From Catajapyx aquilonaris (lineage: Eukaryota), in assembly GCA_000934665.2 (NCBI GenBank), contig JYFJ02001216.1, positions 62,001 to 87,059 of the forward strand: 25,059 bases of DNA, read 5' to 3'. How positions within the stretch are numbered: position 1 is the stretch's first letter; each line of letters begins with the position of its first letter. Below the pieces are notes generated by a model. That model had not been told where the DNA came from. It ran no database searches and worked only from the letters and a program-made list of their open reading frames with translations. The translations under genes and the position numbers were made by a program. This document shows positions 1 to 12,400 of the stretch, one piece after another.

Positions 1-290
1 TTTCAGTAAAATTAATTGCAGCTTTCTTCATACAAATTTGACTCAAGATTTATATACTGTATGCCAGTAATATGTTGCATGATATTTCTAAAAATTCGCA
101 AATTTAACTGTTAAAATATGTTAATCTTATTCAATATTATTAACAGCATGTGCTTAAATTTGTCATGCTGATTTTGAATAAATAAAAAATAATGCCTTAA
201 ATTTTACAGTGTAGTTCTACTGTAGAATAATTTCTGTCACTTTCATGTCTGTCTTTATAATGATTTAAAAACAATTCTATCTCCTTACAG

Positions 291-1599
291 TGTTCTGGTT
301 GACTAGCATCTGGAAGGACGACCCTCAGTGTCAGGACATCCTCAATGCCACAATTCAAGTGTTGCAAGTGGTGCACGACAATTTGGGCTCCCACATCCCT
401 ACAGATGACAAGTCCCTTGACAAAGTCTGCAAGTAAGGGGAAACTCCATAATTTCTGAGGGGCAGTTTTAATATTGACGTTTATCGTACGATGTAGGGAG
501 TTCAGCCCCACTGAAAAAGAAATTTTGGACATTGTCGGGCCATGCATTCCATCATCACTGGATCCAGTGAAGGACATGGTGGTGGGAATAGTCAACGACT
601 TCGTCAAGTCCCTGTGCGATCCATCCCAGGATTTTCATAAGCGTAAGAACGGTTGCTTTATCATAGTTGGTAAAGTTTCAGCCACTATTTAAAAAAATGA
701 AAAACGCAATCACATAAAAGTTGCAAAAATACCTCACCTTACTGTTTATTTACGCAACAATAACAGTTGGTTTTCTGTCTCTCTCGTATGAGATTAAGGG
801 TCTGATTACAAGACTTCCCCAAACTTCTTTCTAGCAATCATTATCGAATCACTAGACTGTGACATCTTTCTGGTACAAGTGCTACTTGTTACATCGTTAC
901 CTTTTAATTTTTTAGAATGAATGTGTTGCAATAAAATCTATAAGTAATAATGTAACATGCAAAAATTCAGTGCAATAGGTACTCTGTAGACATCTCCTTG
1001 AAACAGTCTAATTATTATGTTTTCCAGTGTACCTGGAGTCTATTTCCTGCCTGCTGGCTAAAGGGGCTGATTCCTTGCCCTGCGACATTCAGTTTGCTCA
1101 GGACGTGGCCATCATCCTACCTCAAATACACAGCGTCACCGATGCGGTTAAACTCTGCTGGTGAGCATTAGTAATACTCTACAATATTATGATGACTATG
1201 CACTGAAATGCTGCACAGAGAGAAGACACACTGAACTGGAAGATAAGAAATATACAATCTGTTTTCTTCATGATCCAGCCCTGTTGAGCAAGTCACCTAC
1301 TGCCTCAACTCAACCACAACTCAAGACTGCGGCTCAGACGCAGCTGAGTTCGTCAACGAAGCTATTGGTAAACTGGCAGGCACATTGACGGTAATATAAG
1401 CACAGACGAATTTTCCGAATGAGGTTTCTCTTCCTTCATCGCATATGGGCTTTTCTTTATGTCCTTAACAATTCGTACTTTTCTTTCCTTCCAGTCTATT
1501 TGCCCGTGGATTGGTCCAGACTGCAGCGGATGGCTTACCCCGTCTCCTACACCAGCAGTATTCACAACAGAACCATCGTTCAGGAAGAAGTTCAACTGA
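291..1599 (+). CDS. Gene A (5'-partial): second module of a secreted cysteine-rich two-domain protein (DUF19-like family)
   Basis: GT-AG exons 291-432, 497-642, 1028-1160, 1279-1390 and 1495-1599 splice in frame to FWLTSIWKDDPQCQDILNATIQVLQVVHDNLGSHIPTDDKSLDKVCKEFSPTEKEILDIVGPCIP...YLESISCLLAKGADSLPCDIQF...KLCCPVEQVTYCLNSTTTQDCGSDAAEFVNEAIGKLAGTLTSICPWIGPDCSGWLTPSPTPAVFTTEPSFRKKFN*. Exon lengths are identical to gene B exons 7-11. Upstream exons lie outside the window. Confidence 0.9.
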
Positions 1600-1742
1600 C
1601 TGCCTTACACAACTTGCTGTCTGATACAACCTTCACCTTGCCCTGCTTAATTCCAGTTACCAATTTAGAAGTAAATGCTAAAATTTTTCCGATTTTATGC
1701 GAAACAGTTTATACACATTGTGAAGAATTTGTGTATAGTGTC

Positions 1743-1748
1743 AATAAA
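1743..1748 (+). promoter_or_regulatory. Candidate polyadenylation signal of gene A
   Basis: AATAAA ~145 nt after the stop codon, conserved in the paralogous context downstream of gene B (8471-8476). Confidence 0.5.
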
Positions 1749-2146
1749 ATCATACCCAGAGTAAGTGTATTATTTTGTCCGGATTTATTAATACGCCAGG
1801 TAAGCAACATACAGCAACTCTTATAAACTTTCAGATTAAGTTCAAAGAATTGTTGTCCATCATGCGCAACAACAACTAGGATCAACAATAATTGGTTTTA
1901 GGACATCTCGTAATCCCGTTCTAAGGGACTTTAGATATTAACCTTCAAAATGTTTTTAGCACCCATTATTTAAAACCTTTACTTAAAGGTTGCCGGTACG
2001 TTACGTGCTGCTCAGAATGTGAATTTCAAGTATGGTCTATAATACTACTACTGCTGCTACATATGACATTCTTCTTATTTTCTGTGTCCCGTCGTACAAT
2101 TATTCATAATACCATTCACTTATGTCAAGGTGTAAATTGCTTTCAG

Positions 2147-2799
2147 GAGCATTGTCATCGGCAATTCAAGACGAGGCAAAGAGTCGCTATAGATATTCTT
2201 AAAGTGATCGATAAAAATTTCTGATATCATATTCCTCTCAATGGGGACGAGCTGGACTTGGATTGCAAATATGCGACGCTTACAATATATTATTTATTCA
2301 CTAATAATGTAAATGTACACCTAGTCGCCAACATTATCGTTCGCTTCGGATCTTTCAGAAGCTTTCCTTCAGCTCAAGACGATATCATAAAAATTATAAT
2401 TCCTTCCATTCCGCCATCAGTGTTGTCTCTCCTTAGTGAAGTGGTTCCCATTATTATCTACCCTTTCGTGCCGAATATTTGCTGGCAAGAGAAAGATCTG
2501 CACGATTATAAGGTCATACGCGCTGGTTTGACCACAGTGACATTCATTACTTTCCAAATAACATGTTAGCATGTTACATGCAACAATCATAGGGAATCCT
2601 TCCAATGGCTGTGTTCCTCCTTTCCGCAAAGACTTTCTATCTTGCTTTCTACACTGAACAGGTTTCCATTAACCTATGTGCAACGAATATTAATCCATGA
2701 CAAGCAGGAACACAACAAGAGTTTTTAAGGTTTTCATTATTTTCACTGACTGTTGTGGACATGATTCCCTGCCTACTGACGTAATTCAATATAAATCAA
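2147..2799 (+). pseudogene. Decayed gene C-like pseudogene (remnants of exons 2-3 and flanking introns)
   Basis: The exon 2 remnant (2147-2268) has a 17-nt deletion relative to 9876-10014, an in-frame TGA at 2222-2224 and a GT>AT donor. The exon 3 remnant (2359-2507) also has a GT>AT donor. The signal exon and exon 4 are deleted, and homology ends before exon 5. Confidence 0.88.
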
Positions 2800-4961
2800 G
2801 CTGCTACTACTACCATGTATGGCGTCATAGCAAGTCGGACATTTATTACGAGAACACTCCTGGGACAATGTTGGCGCATTTGAGACCAAACTGCCTGCCA
2901 TGCACGACAGGTGCTCTTTATAGTGTATGATGTAGGTCTGCGGAGACACTATACATGCTGAAGAGGTGAAATCTGCAGCACTCGGTCATGCAATGAAACG
3001 CCTTGTTGCCCTGAATGGCAGTACTGGCAGGGTCATTTGTTTAGCTTCTATATGATACATTGAGGCAAACTTTGTCTGCTATCAGTCGATAAATTTTATT
3101 TCCTCACTACAATGCAAATAATGCAGCTAGGAAATTTATGAAACATAATATGTTTCACCATCCACTATTGTGTTCTTTCCATGCGGAATTGGTCAGTTTG
3201 GGGGAACACTTTGGCAAAATTGGAGTGGAACTTATAAAGGACCTGTTCAAAGTTATCCTGGCAAAGAAAGGCCACCCTCATGGCCCAATGATTCGTGTCA
3301 TTAGATTGGAGCAGATCACTGAAACTTGGCAACGCAGGGGAGTTGGATCAAAATGTTGCTGTCCAGCCACTCTAATATATGTCATTCAATGGAAGCATGC
3401 TTCTAAAGGGTGACCTTCATCAGTTTGGAGAAAGAGTTCGCCCTTGCTTCGCGAACGAACGCCATCTTGCGTCCGGAAGCTTCGTCTATCTCTTTCCTCT
3501 CTCTCTTTTAGAGGAGAGTGAGAGAGAGGAGCGAGGGAGAGAGGGGGAGATACGCGATTGGGCAAACGCGTGATATCACGATGGGGCTTGCATTTCGCAT
3601 ATTGATTTGCGGACGCGGCATTTCTCTCACACGAATATTCTTACAACATTTTTACGGGGTAAAAACCACACGAGTTTTCCTGAGTCTAAATCAACTAATA
3701 AAACAGTTCACCACGTGACAACATGTTTTGAATCCTACCAAGGCCGCCAGGTAGCAACCCCTACCACATCAAAGATACAGTCAGTGGCGAACACAGCGGC
3801 CTTTAGCGTCAAACTAGGTGCATAGATTATACACTACAAGATGCGCAAGATGGTTGCCGTTTGGGTAGCGGGGCTACTTGAACAGGTCCTTTGGTCAGGA
3901 GCGATGACAATACACGAATGCGGAATGATGTATGGAAAGTGGGACAGGTCATTGGAGATCCCCCTACCACCACGTGACTCAGCCAGGCAAGAGTAACCGA
4001 GGTCAACGAGCAAGGTTAAGGTTATCCTGGCCAGACTGTAACCAGCATGACAAAACTTTATCACTGATGATAACCATCCTTCCTTTGTTCAATATTCACA
4101 ATCTCCAGTACGGATGCGGCTATGTCTGGGGGAAAAAAGGGATGGAGTAAATGCATGAAATTAATTGCTGCGTAATATTAATAACATTAATACTCTGAAA
4201 TATTGAAGATTATGACTACACAAATATTACTGCACAATTATACTGACATATTTAATTTCCTTTTTTCATCCACTCATTGTGGTTAATTATTTTTGATGCC
4301 TCATTTTTTCCTTGTGGAGTCACACTTTGGAGTGAAGTAAGTCGATCTCCAAAACATAATCATGTTTGCTGTAAGCGGAACAGTAATTAGTGCTAACGCC
4401 AAAAACGCACTCAAATGGGGAAATTCACATTTGGTGCATAATTTTATTTGAGAGGTGGATATTGTGCTCCACATATTCTCTTCGTGCATATTTTAATGCA
4501 CTCCAGGTTTTCAGTGATGAGTCTTAGTCCGCGCCCATCAGGAACTGATTATAGTCCTCTGAAGAAGTTACTCTTATATACTGATGGACTGTGCATGACA
4601 ATATGAGGAAATCCTCCTATTACACAAGCAAAGTCAGCTTGTTATGCACAATGTGGCAATATTAATACACGTGGGACTCGTTAAGATAGGGGATTGCTAA
4701 ATCCAATTGCAACATTGTATTACTCATTATGTAAGAAACTATTGCCGATTTCTCATGAATCTGAGCCAATTATGTATTTTTATTGTCATATTCGTGATCA
4801 GCCCATTGAAATCTTTAATAAATGTCTACTTTAATCTCATAAATTTCAATTTTGTCAAAATTTGTTGGCCAGTGTTATCCGAGAGCGAATCAAAAAATTT
4901 CATTTGGTAATCGATAAATAAGATACGTTGTAGTCACTATCTATCCTCAAGGAAGAGAGAG

Positions 4962-4968
4962 TATAAAA
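4962..4968 (+). promoter_or_regulatory. Candidate TATA box of gene B
   Basis: TATAAAA 58 nt upstream of the ATG at 5020. Confidence 0.45.
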
Positions 4969-5019
4969 ATGTAAATCAGCTTTCGAGGAAGTGATTGAGC
5001 GAACAGCACTGCTGGCAAG

Positions 5020-8000
5020 ATGATTTTCGCTAAGCTCTGCACATTATCTGCAATTCTGGCCGGTAAATGTATACCTTTTGGTGCAATGCCCACATCTCCA
5101 GTTCGAGTTTAAAGAGAAGCTGTAATGTTACAAAAATTGCAGCAAATCGCAACAGAACACTGGGTTACTGGAGTCCACAACTCAAATATTCTCGACTAAA
5201 CTTGAACTGCACTGCTGGGCAGTGCATTCCACTGTTGTTTAATGTCTACACTCTGCAATGTTCACATAGGCCTATTATTCAAAGCTCCCTTTTGCATGCT
5301 ATTAACCTAGTAATAAATTATTGTTTCAGTGGCATCGTCTTCGGTAATTAAAGACGATCCCGGCAGCAACGACACGCTTCAAGTAGCTATTGATATTCTC
5401 AAAGTTGTTGACGCAAATTTCGGATGGCACATTCCTTTCAATGGCGACGAGCTGGATTTTGATTGCAAGTACGAACATTGTCATTTCTTTGCTTATTAAG
5501 TAGTCTATTAATGTGAACAATACATCCGTTTTTATTAATCGGTTGTGCCTTTCAGAAACTACCCATCAGCCGCAGCAGACATCGTCACTATCATATTATT
5601 TTCTCCATGTGTTCCGCCATTAATGCAGTACATTATTGAGGCAGCGTTTTCTATGTTTGTCGACCCATTCGTTAGTGACCTGTGTGACCCGAAGAATGAA
5701 CTTCATGATTGTAAGGCCCCATATAGTCAGTGCACCCACAGTGCAATTAATTCCAAATAATTCCTTTCAGTGTATCTGGAGTCGGCTGTATGCTTGAGCT
5801 CCAACTGGACTCATTCTTTGCCCTGCAGTCTCCAACTGGCCAAAGAAGCCGTGTCCATCGTGCCAAATATTCACTGCTCTGATGACGTTTGCCAACTGAT
5901 GTGGTCCGTATAACACAGAGTGGTCCAACGAGCAAGGTCCTTACGCGGAATGAGCATATTGTAATGCGTCCATTACAAAAGTTGAAATTAACTGCACGCT
6001 CCTATTTGTCGATTAAAATATCAAAAGCAGAACATCTGCCGGCGTCATTCACCTTTCTTGTAGGACCACCCTGCACAATTATTAAATTCATAACTCAAAC
6101 TGAAATAATGATTAATGACTTAATGATCTGCACAGTCCCTTGGAACAGGCCAGATACTGCATTGACAAACAAGTAAACAAGGATTGTGGACCGGATGCAG
6201 TCAAGTTCATCAACATGGCTGCTAAGCGGCTGGGAGGATACATGCTATGGGTATCACCATGACTCTGAAACATGTCTGAAACTTATACTATAATATTGTT
6301 ACAATATTGCATACAGTAGAAGATAATAATGCAATGCAGCCATATTCACCTATTGTCGCCATTTCGTTATTTTGCTATCCTTTGGAAGGGTCTCCAAAGG
6401 TTCATAATGGAAAAAAACAGTCGTAAAGTTAAGGCTATCTTGCACAGGGAAATGGCTAAATTATCTTAAGATTCAGAAGAGATATTTTGTTTTCTATTTG
6501 ACAAGATACTTTACAGTATAACTGTGTTGTGTGATTGTGTCTGTAGGAGTTGTGCCACTCGCCCGACTGCGACGGCTGGCTGACTGATGCGCCACCACTT
6601 GACGTTACTGAATCACCAGAGCAAGAAACATTCATGCAGGAGATGCACAGGAGGAAGGAAGGTGATTGTACGTGCATATTGCATTCTTTCAAAAATTTAA
6701 ATTGGGGCTTTCTTCATTTAAATGTTACTCAAAATTTACACACTGTATGTGAGTAATATGTTGCCTGACATTTCTAAAAATTCGCAAATTTAACTGTTAG
6801 AATATGTTAATGTTATTCAATATTGTGACTGCATGGGCTGAAATTTAAGTCGTGGTGCTTATTTTGAATAAACACAAATGCCTAAAATTTTAAAATGTAG
6901 TTCTATTGTAGAATACGTATGTCATTTCCTTGTCTGCAATTATTATTATTTTTACAAATATTCTATATCTCCTTTCAGTGTCCTGGTTGACCAGCATCAG
7001 GAAGGATGACCCTCAATGTCAGGACATCCTCAATGCCACAATTCAAGTGTTGCAAGTGGTGAACGACAATTTGGGGTCCCACATCCCTACAGATGACAAG
7101 TCCCTTGACAAAGTCTGCAAGTAAGGGAAAACTTAATAATTGTTTCTGAGGCGCAGTATTAATATTCACGCTTATTGTACCATGTAGGGTGTTCAACGCC
7201 ACTGAAAAAGAAATTTTGGACATAGCCGGGCCATGCATCCCATCATCATTGGACCATGTCAAGGAAATGGTGTTGAACATTGTCAACGACTTCGTCATGT
7301 CCCTGTGCGATCCATCCCAGGATTTTCATAAGCGTAAGAACGGTTGCTTTACATAGTTGGTAAAGTTGGAGCCACCATTTAAAAAATGAAAAGCGCAATC
7401 ACATGAAAGTTTCCAAAATACGTCACCTTACTGTTTCATTGCGCAACAATAACAGTTGGATTTCTGTTTCTCTCGTATGATATTAAGTGTCTGATTACAA
7501 AACTTCCACAAACTTATTTCTAGTAATTATTATCGAATCACTAGACTACATCTTTCTGGCACAAGTGCTTCTGGTTACATCGTTACTCTTTAATTATTGT
7601 TATTTAGAATGAATGTATTGCGCTAAAATCTATATAGAGTAATAATATAACATGTGAATGCAGTGCAGCAAGGAGTCTGCAGACATCTCCGTGAAACAGT
7701 CTAATAAATGATATTTTCCAGTGTACCTGGAGTCTATTTCCTGCCTGCTGACTAATGGGACGGATTCCTTGCCCTGCGACATTCAGTTCGCACAGGACGT
7801 GGCCATCATCCTACCTCAAATACACGGAGCCTCTGATGCGATTAAACTCTGCTGGTGAGCATTAGTAATATTATGTCTATGCACTGAAATGCTGCACAGA
7901 GAGAAGACACACTGAACTGGAAGATATGAAACATACAATCTGTTTTATTCGCGATCCCCAGCCCTGTTGCGCAAGTCACCTACTGCCTCAACTCAACCAC

Positions 8001-8302
8001 AACTCAAGACTGCGGATCAGACGCAGCTGAATTCGTCAACGAAGCTATTGATAAACTGGCAGGCCCATTAACGGTAATATAAGCACAGACAAATTTTCTT
8101 TACAAGGCCTTGTTCACACGAATGAGCTTTCTTTTCCTACATCGCATATGGGCTTTTCTTTATGTCCTTAACAATTCGTACTTTTCTTTCATTCCAGTCT
8201 CTATGCTTGTTTCTTGGTCCAGACTGCAGCGGATGGCTTACCCCATCTCCTACACCAGCAGTATTTACAACAGAACCATCGTTCAGGAAGAAGTTCAACT
8301 AA
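5020..8302 (+). CDS. Gene B: complete secreted cysteine-rich two-domain protein, 447 aa (DUF19-like family)
   Basis: Eleven exons: 5020-5062, 5330-5468, 5556-5710, 5771-5903, 6136-6250, 6547-6667, 6979-7120, 7188-7333, 7722-7854, 7962-8073, 8198-8302. Total 1344 nt with no internal stop. N-terminus MIFAKLCTLSAILAVASSS is signal-peptide-like; 12 Cys per module; ends FRKKFN*. The exon 6 donor could alternatively follow 6661 (same phase). Confidence 0.9.
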
Positions 8303-8470
8303 ATGGCTTTACACAGCGAAAAGGGGGACAACTTGCTGTCTGATGCAACCTGTACCTTACCCTGCTTGATTCAAGTTACCAATTTAGGAGCAAATGCAAA
8401 AAAAACAACATATATCCGGTTTTATGCACATTAGGTCATACACGCTTTGAAGAATTTATGTAACAGTGTC

Positions 8471-8476
8471 AATAAA
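8471..8476 (+). promoter_or_regulatory. Candidate polyadenylation signal of gene B
   Basis: AATAAA conserved with the gene A copy at 1743-1748. Confidence 0.5.
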
Positions 8477-8785
8477 GTTATGCCCAGAGTAAAAGTATCA
8501 TTTTCCCCTGATTTATTAATTACTTTTAAATGCCAAAAGAAACATACGTACAACGCTTAGAAACTTTCAGAATAAGTCATTGGTTCAAATTGTTGTCCAT
8601 CATGTACAACAATGAATAACTAGGATCAACATCATTTGATCCTGATATACATTACGGATATGTATTATGCATCTCGTAAACCAGTTCTAAGGGTTTTATT
8701 CAAAAAGTTTTTAACGCGCATTTTAAAAAACCTCTCACATCGAAAAACTCAAAGATTGCCGGTAAGTCACGTGCTGCTCATGTAA

Positions 8786-9117
8786 TTTTTTTTGAAGTAC
8801 CCCGTGATGACCTGTTTCGTCTATAGGGGGGTGGATTACCACCATTGGAGGGAAAGGGCTGTTGTCTATTTTTTAATACGCTCGAACCCACGGGCAGGGA
8901 AACTGGGAGGGGATGTGCAAAGTGCGTGTGCACAGACGTTGATGTGCCGTTTTGTGAACTCCCCCTGGTGGCATATGTGGAAGGATCGCCACCCGAAACG
9001 AAGCCAGAGACGGTCTTACTCTGCGCGAGATGAAGGGGGGAACCCCGGGTTGGGATCGAACCCGGGACCTTAACATCCGCGGGCGCATACGTTACCGCAG
9101 CGCCACTTCGCCTCCCC
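8786..9117 (-). mobile_element. tRNA-derived SINE
   Basis: The minus-strand 5' end has Pol III A-box TGGCGCTGCGG and B-box GGTTCGATCCC. There is an A8 tail (T run 8786-8793) and a 13-bp TSD GCTGCTCATGTAA at 8773-8785 and 9118-9130. The paralogous site at ~2007-2025 is empty. Confidence 0.88.
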
Positions 9118-9488
9118 GCTGCTCATGTAAATTTAAAGTGTGGCCTATTATGCTGAAATGATTATTTATAGTCAATCAGCACTTTATATTATCCAATGTG
9201 TCTATTTGTTATTATCTACGTTAATGACACAGATTATTACAGATCATTGGTATTGTGTGTCAGGGACAGCTAGAGAGGGTTTGGGTACAGCATCGCGGAA
9301 AACGCTTGAACTATGGACTTGGGGAGGTGAAACCTCCTGTGATCTGAAACTGAATCACTAAAATATCGCAAGATAGTATAGGCATATCGAATGAGATATA
9401 ACTCAGAACTTGCAATCAGTGGCTTTATCATCACGAAAGTAGCTGAAGGTTCTGCTTTCGGGGAATAAGAGATTCGGCGACGGGCAAG

Positions 9489-12400
9489 ATGATTTCTTCA
9501 AAACTCTGCATATTAGCTGTCATCTTGGCGGGTATGTGTCTCTAAAGTAGTCTACAAAATCTATCATCAAGGAACTGGGATTAAACATGATTTCGCATGT
9601 ATTTGAAGAATTACTCAATAATTACGTATTAAATAATATTCATAACATCCACTGTACTAGCCGACTATCCCCCCACATCATTCGCACCTTTAATTACTTT
9701 TGAAAATTATTTTCCATCACAGTGTTCGCTGATCACCAAAAATTATAAAGAAAATAGTACTTATTGATCCAAAATACTAAACTAACTGCTCTGCATGACA
9801 TTCTTCTTATTTTCTGCGTCGCGTCGTACGATTATTCATAGTACACTTCACTAGGTGTAAATATATTGCTTTCAGGAGCATTGTCATCGGCGATTAAAGA
9901 CGACGCAAAGAAGGAAGACCTTCTTCAAGTCGCAATAGATATTCTCAAAGTGATCGATGCAAATTTTGGATACCATATTCCTCTCAACAGGGAGGAGCTG
10001 GACTTGGATTGCAAGTATGCGATACTTCCATTTTATTTACTGACTAATGTGTATGTACACCTACTCAGCAACATTATTATTCGTCTTGCACCTTTCAGAA
10101 ACTTTCCATCAGCTCAAAACGATATCATTAAAATCATATCTCCTTCCATTCCGCCATCAGTGTTGCCTCTTCTTAGCGAAGTTGTTCCCATTATTATCGA
10201 CCCTTTCGTGCAGAATATTTGCGGGCAGGAGAAGGATCTGCATGACTGTAAGGTCATGTGAGTTGGTTTGCCCACACTCTCATTTCTTAATTTCCCAAAA
10301 AACAGCAACATTTAGGGTACTTGGCATCAGCTGAGTGCTTGAACGCCAACTGGACTCATTCTGTGCCTTGCGGTCTGCAACTGGCCAAAGAGTGTCTGGC
10401 CATCATACCAAACATTCAAGATGCGGGGAGCATTTGCCAACTGGTGTGGTGAGTTACAATCATAGGGAATCCTTCCAATAGCGGAGTCCCTCTTTCCCTT
10501 AACCCTTTGATGACGGAGTTTTTGAGGGATTGCATTACCCCAGGGCCTGAGTTTTTTTCCCCCTTTTCCGGAAATTTTATGACCTCGCCGATTTTCTTGA
10601 AATTCGGTCCATTGGTAGCCCACACCAAGGGATGAAAAACGCACCTATAGTTACCTGATAAAAATGACCTTGTGACCCAATTTTGAGGGGGGCAGAGGTC
10701 AAATCATAAAATTTCGACCTCCCTGATTTTCTTCAAATTCGGTGCATTAGTAGCCCACACCAAGGGATGACAAACCCACCTATAGTTCCCTGCTCGACAT
10801 GACCCTGTGACCCATATTGGAGGGGGACATATGTCAATGCACCGAATTTCAAGAAAATCGGTGGGGGCTGTGCGATATCCGACATTGCATATCGACTTTC
10901 GATACTCAAAAAATATCGAATCAAAGTCGATATATCGAAAATCGAAAAACCGACATCGAAAAATATCGAAAAATATCGCAAACCGACATCGAACCGACAT
11001 CGAAAATATCGCAAAATATCGCGATGTCGGTTTGCGATATTTTGCGATGTGCGATATTTTGCGATGTCGGTTCGATGTCGGTTTGCGATATTTTGCAATG
11101 TCGGTTTTTCGATTTTCGATATATCGACTTCGATGCGATATTTTTTTAGTATCGAAAGTCGATATGCAATTTCGGATGTCGCGCAGCCCTACCTATCGGT
11201 GAGGTCGGAATTTTATGGTTTGACATCAGCCCCCCTCAAAATTGGGTCACGAGGTCATTTTGATCAGGTAACTATAGGTGCGTTTTTCATCCCTTGGGGT
11301 GGGCTACCAATGCACCGAATTTCAAGAAAATCGGTGAGGTTGAATTTTTTTGCGTTGAAAAATGACCCAAGTTGGCAGGGCAAATCTTCGGACATCATAT
11401 GATGTCCGTAGGCCCTCCAGCAATGCAAGCTCGGAAATCATATGATGGCCGTAGGCAGCAAAGGGTTAAAGACTTTTACACTGAACAGGTTTCCATTAAC
11501 CTATACGTATGTGCAATAAAATATTAATTCATGACACGCAGAGATTTTAATGTTTACATTATTTCCACTTACTGTTGTGGACATGATTCACTGCCTACAC
11601 ATAATATAATTGAATATAAATCAATAATCATCATTAACATACACATTGATACACAGCCCTCTGGAGCAGGCAGGATTCTGCATAGACGAGCAATTGAATG
11701 CAGATTGTGGCTCAGACTCGGTCAAGTTCTTCAACAAGGCAGCTATGGAGCTAGGAGGTGACATGTTTCAGGTATGTTAGTTGGAATGCCAATTATTAGA
11801 ATGGCTATACTTACAAGTAAATAATTTGTCATTATAATAGAAATGTTGTCACACACAAAATATCATTTTTTTCAATGTGCTTATTAACTTTATAATATGG
11901 TACTCTACGTCCAAAATAAAATGTTTCGAGCAATCAAAATGTGATTTCATGGATTTCACATTATAAAATTTAATCCTGCTCTAATTCGTAGTTGCGGGCG
12001 TGCAATCACTTGAATTATTGGAAGTGAATTAATGAACAGGAGAGTGATTATATTTGTGATGAAGTGAAGTCGCGATTTTAACACTTTGCTGCCTACGGCC
12101 ATCATATGATTTCCGGAGATTTGCCCTGCCAACTTGGGTCATTTTTCAACGCAAAAAATTTCAACCTCACCGATTTTCTTGAAATTCGGTGCATTGGTAG
12201 CCCACACCAAGAGATGAAAAACGCACCTATAATGACCTGATGAAAGTGACCCTGTGACCCAATTTTGAGTGGGGCAGAGGTCAAATCATAAAATTCCGAC
12301 CTCGCCGATTATCTTCAAATTCGGTGCATTAGTAGCCCACACCAAGGGATGACAAACCCACATATAGTTCCCTGCTCGACATGACCATGTGACCCATATT

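Larger units (their letters stand above)
1..2799 (+). repeat. Segmental duplicate of ~6687-11625 (3' half of a B-type gene plus 5' part of a C-type gene)
   Basis: Introns, 3' UTR and intergenic sequence align by eye. Examples: ctaaaaattcgcaaatttaactgtt at ~88 and ~6774; tgttgtggacatgattc at ~2751 and ~11573. Confidence 0.9.

Noticed and set aside
197..607. Minus-strand ORFs conserved at 197-607, 6975-7298 and 24412-24672
   Set aside because: They are antisense shadows of the duplicated + strand exons 7-8. Their starts and stops differ between copies, and the splice signals support the + strand.
2800..4900. Short ORFs and CTGAAGA motifs (possible hammerhead ribozyme cores) in the spacer between the pseudogene and gene B
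   Set aside because: The ORFs show no family homology or recognisable domains, and flanking stems for a hammerhead could not be built.
9040..9117. tRNA-like sequence with A and B boxes
   Set aside because: It is the head of a SINE with body, A tail and TSD. No convincing cloverleaf was found.
9796..9826. ATGACATTCTTCTTATTTTCT as a possible first exon (also at ~2063)
   Set aside because: A better signal exon homologous to those of B and D exists at 9489-9531 with a strong GTATGT donor, so this stretch is intronic.
10575..10862. Regularly spaced repeats resembling a CRISPR array
   Set aside because: The context is eukaryotic, the units are ~135 bp without unique spacers, and they lie inside a TTAA-flanked element.
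10704..11402. Several overlapping 98-131 aa ORFs on both strands
   Set aside because: They arise from the low-complexity palindromic MITE and have no transposase motifs.
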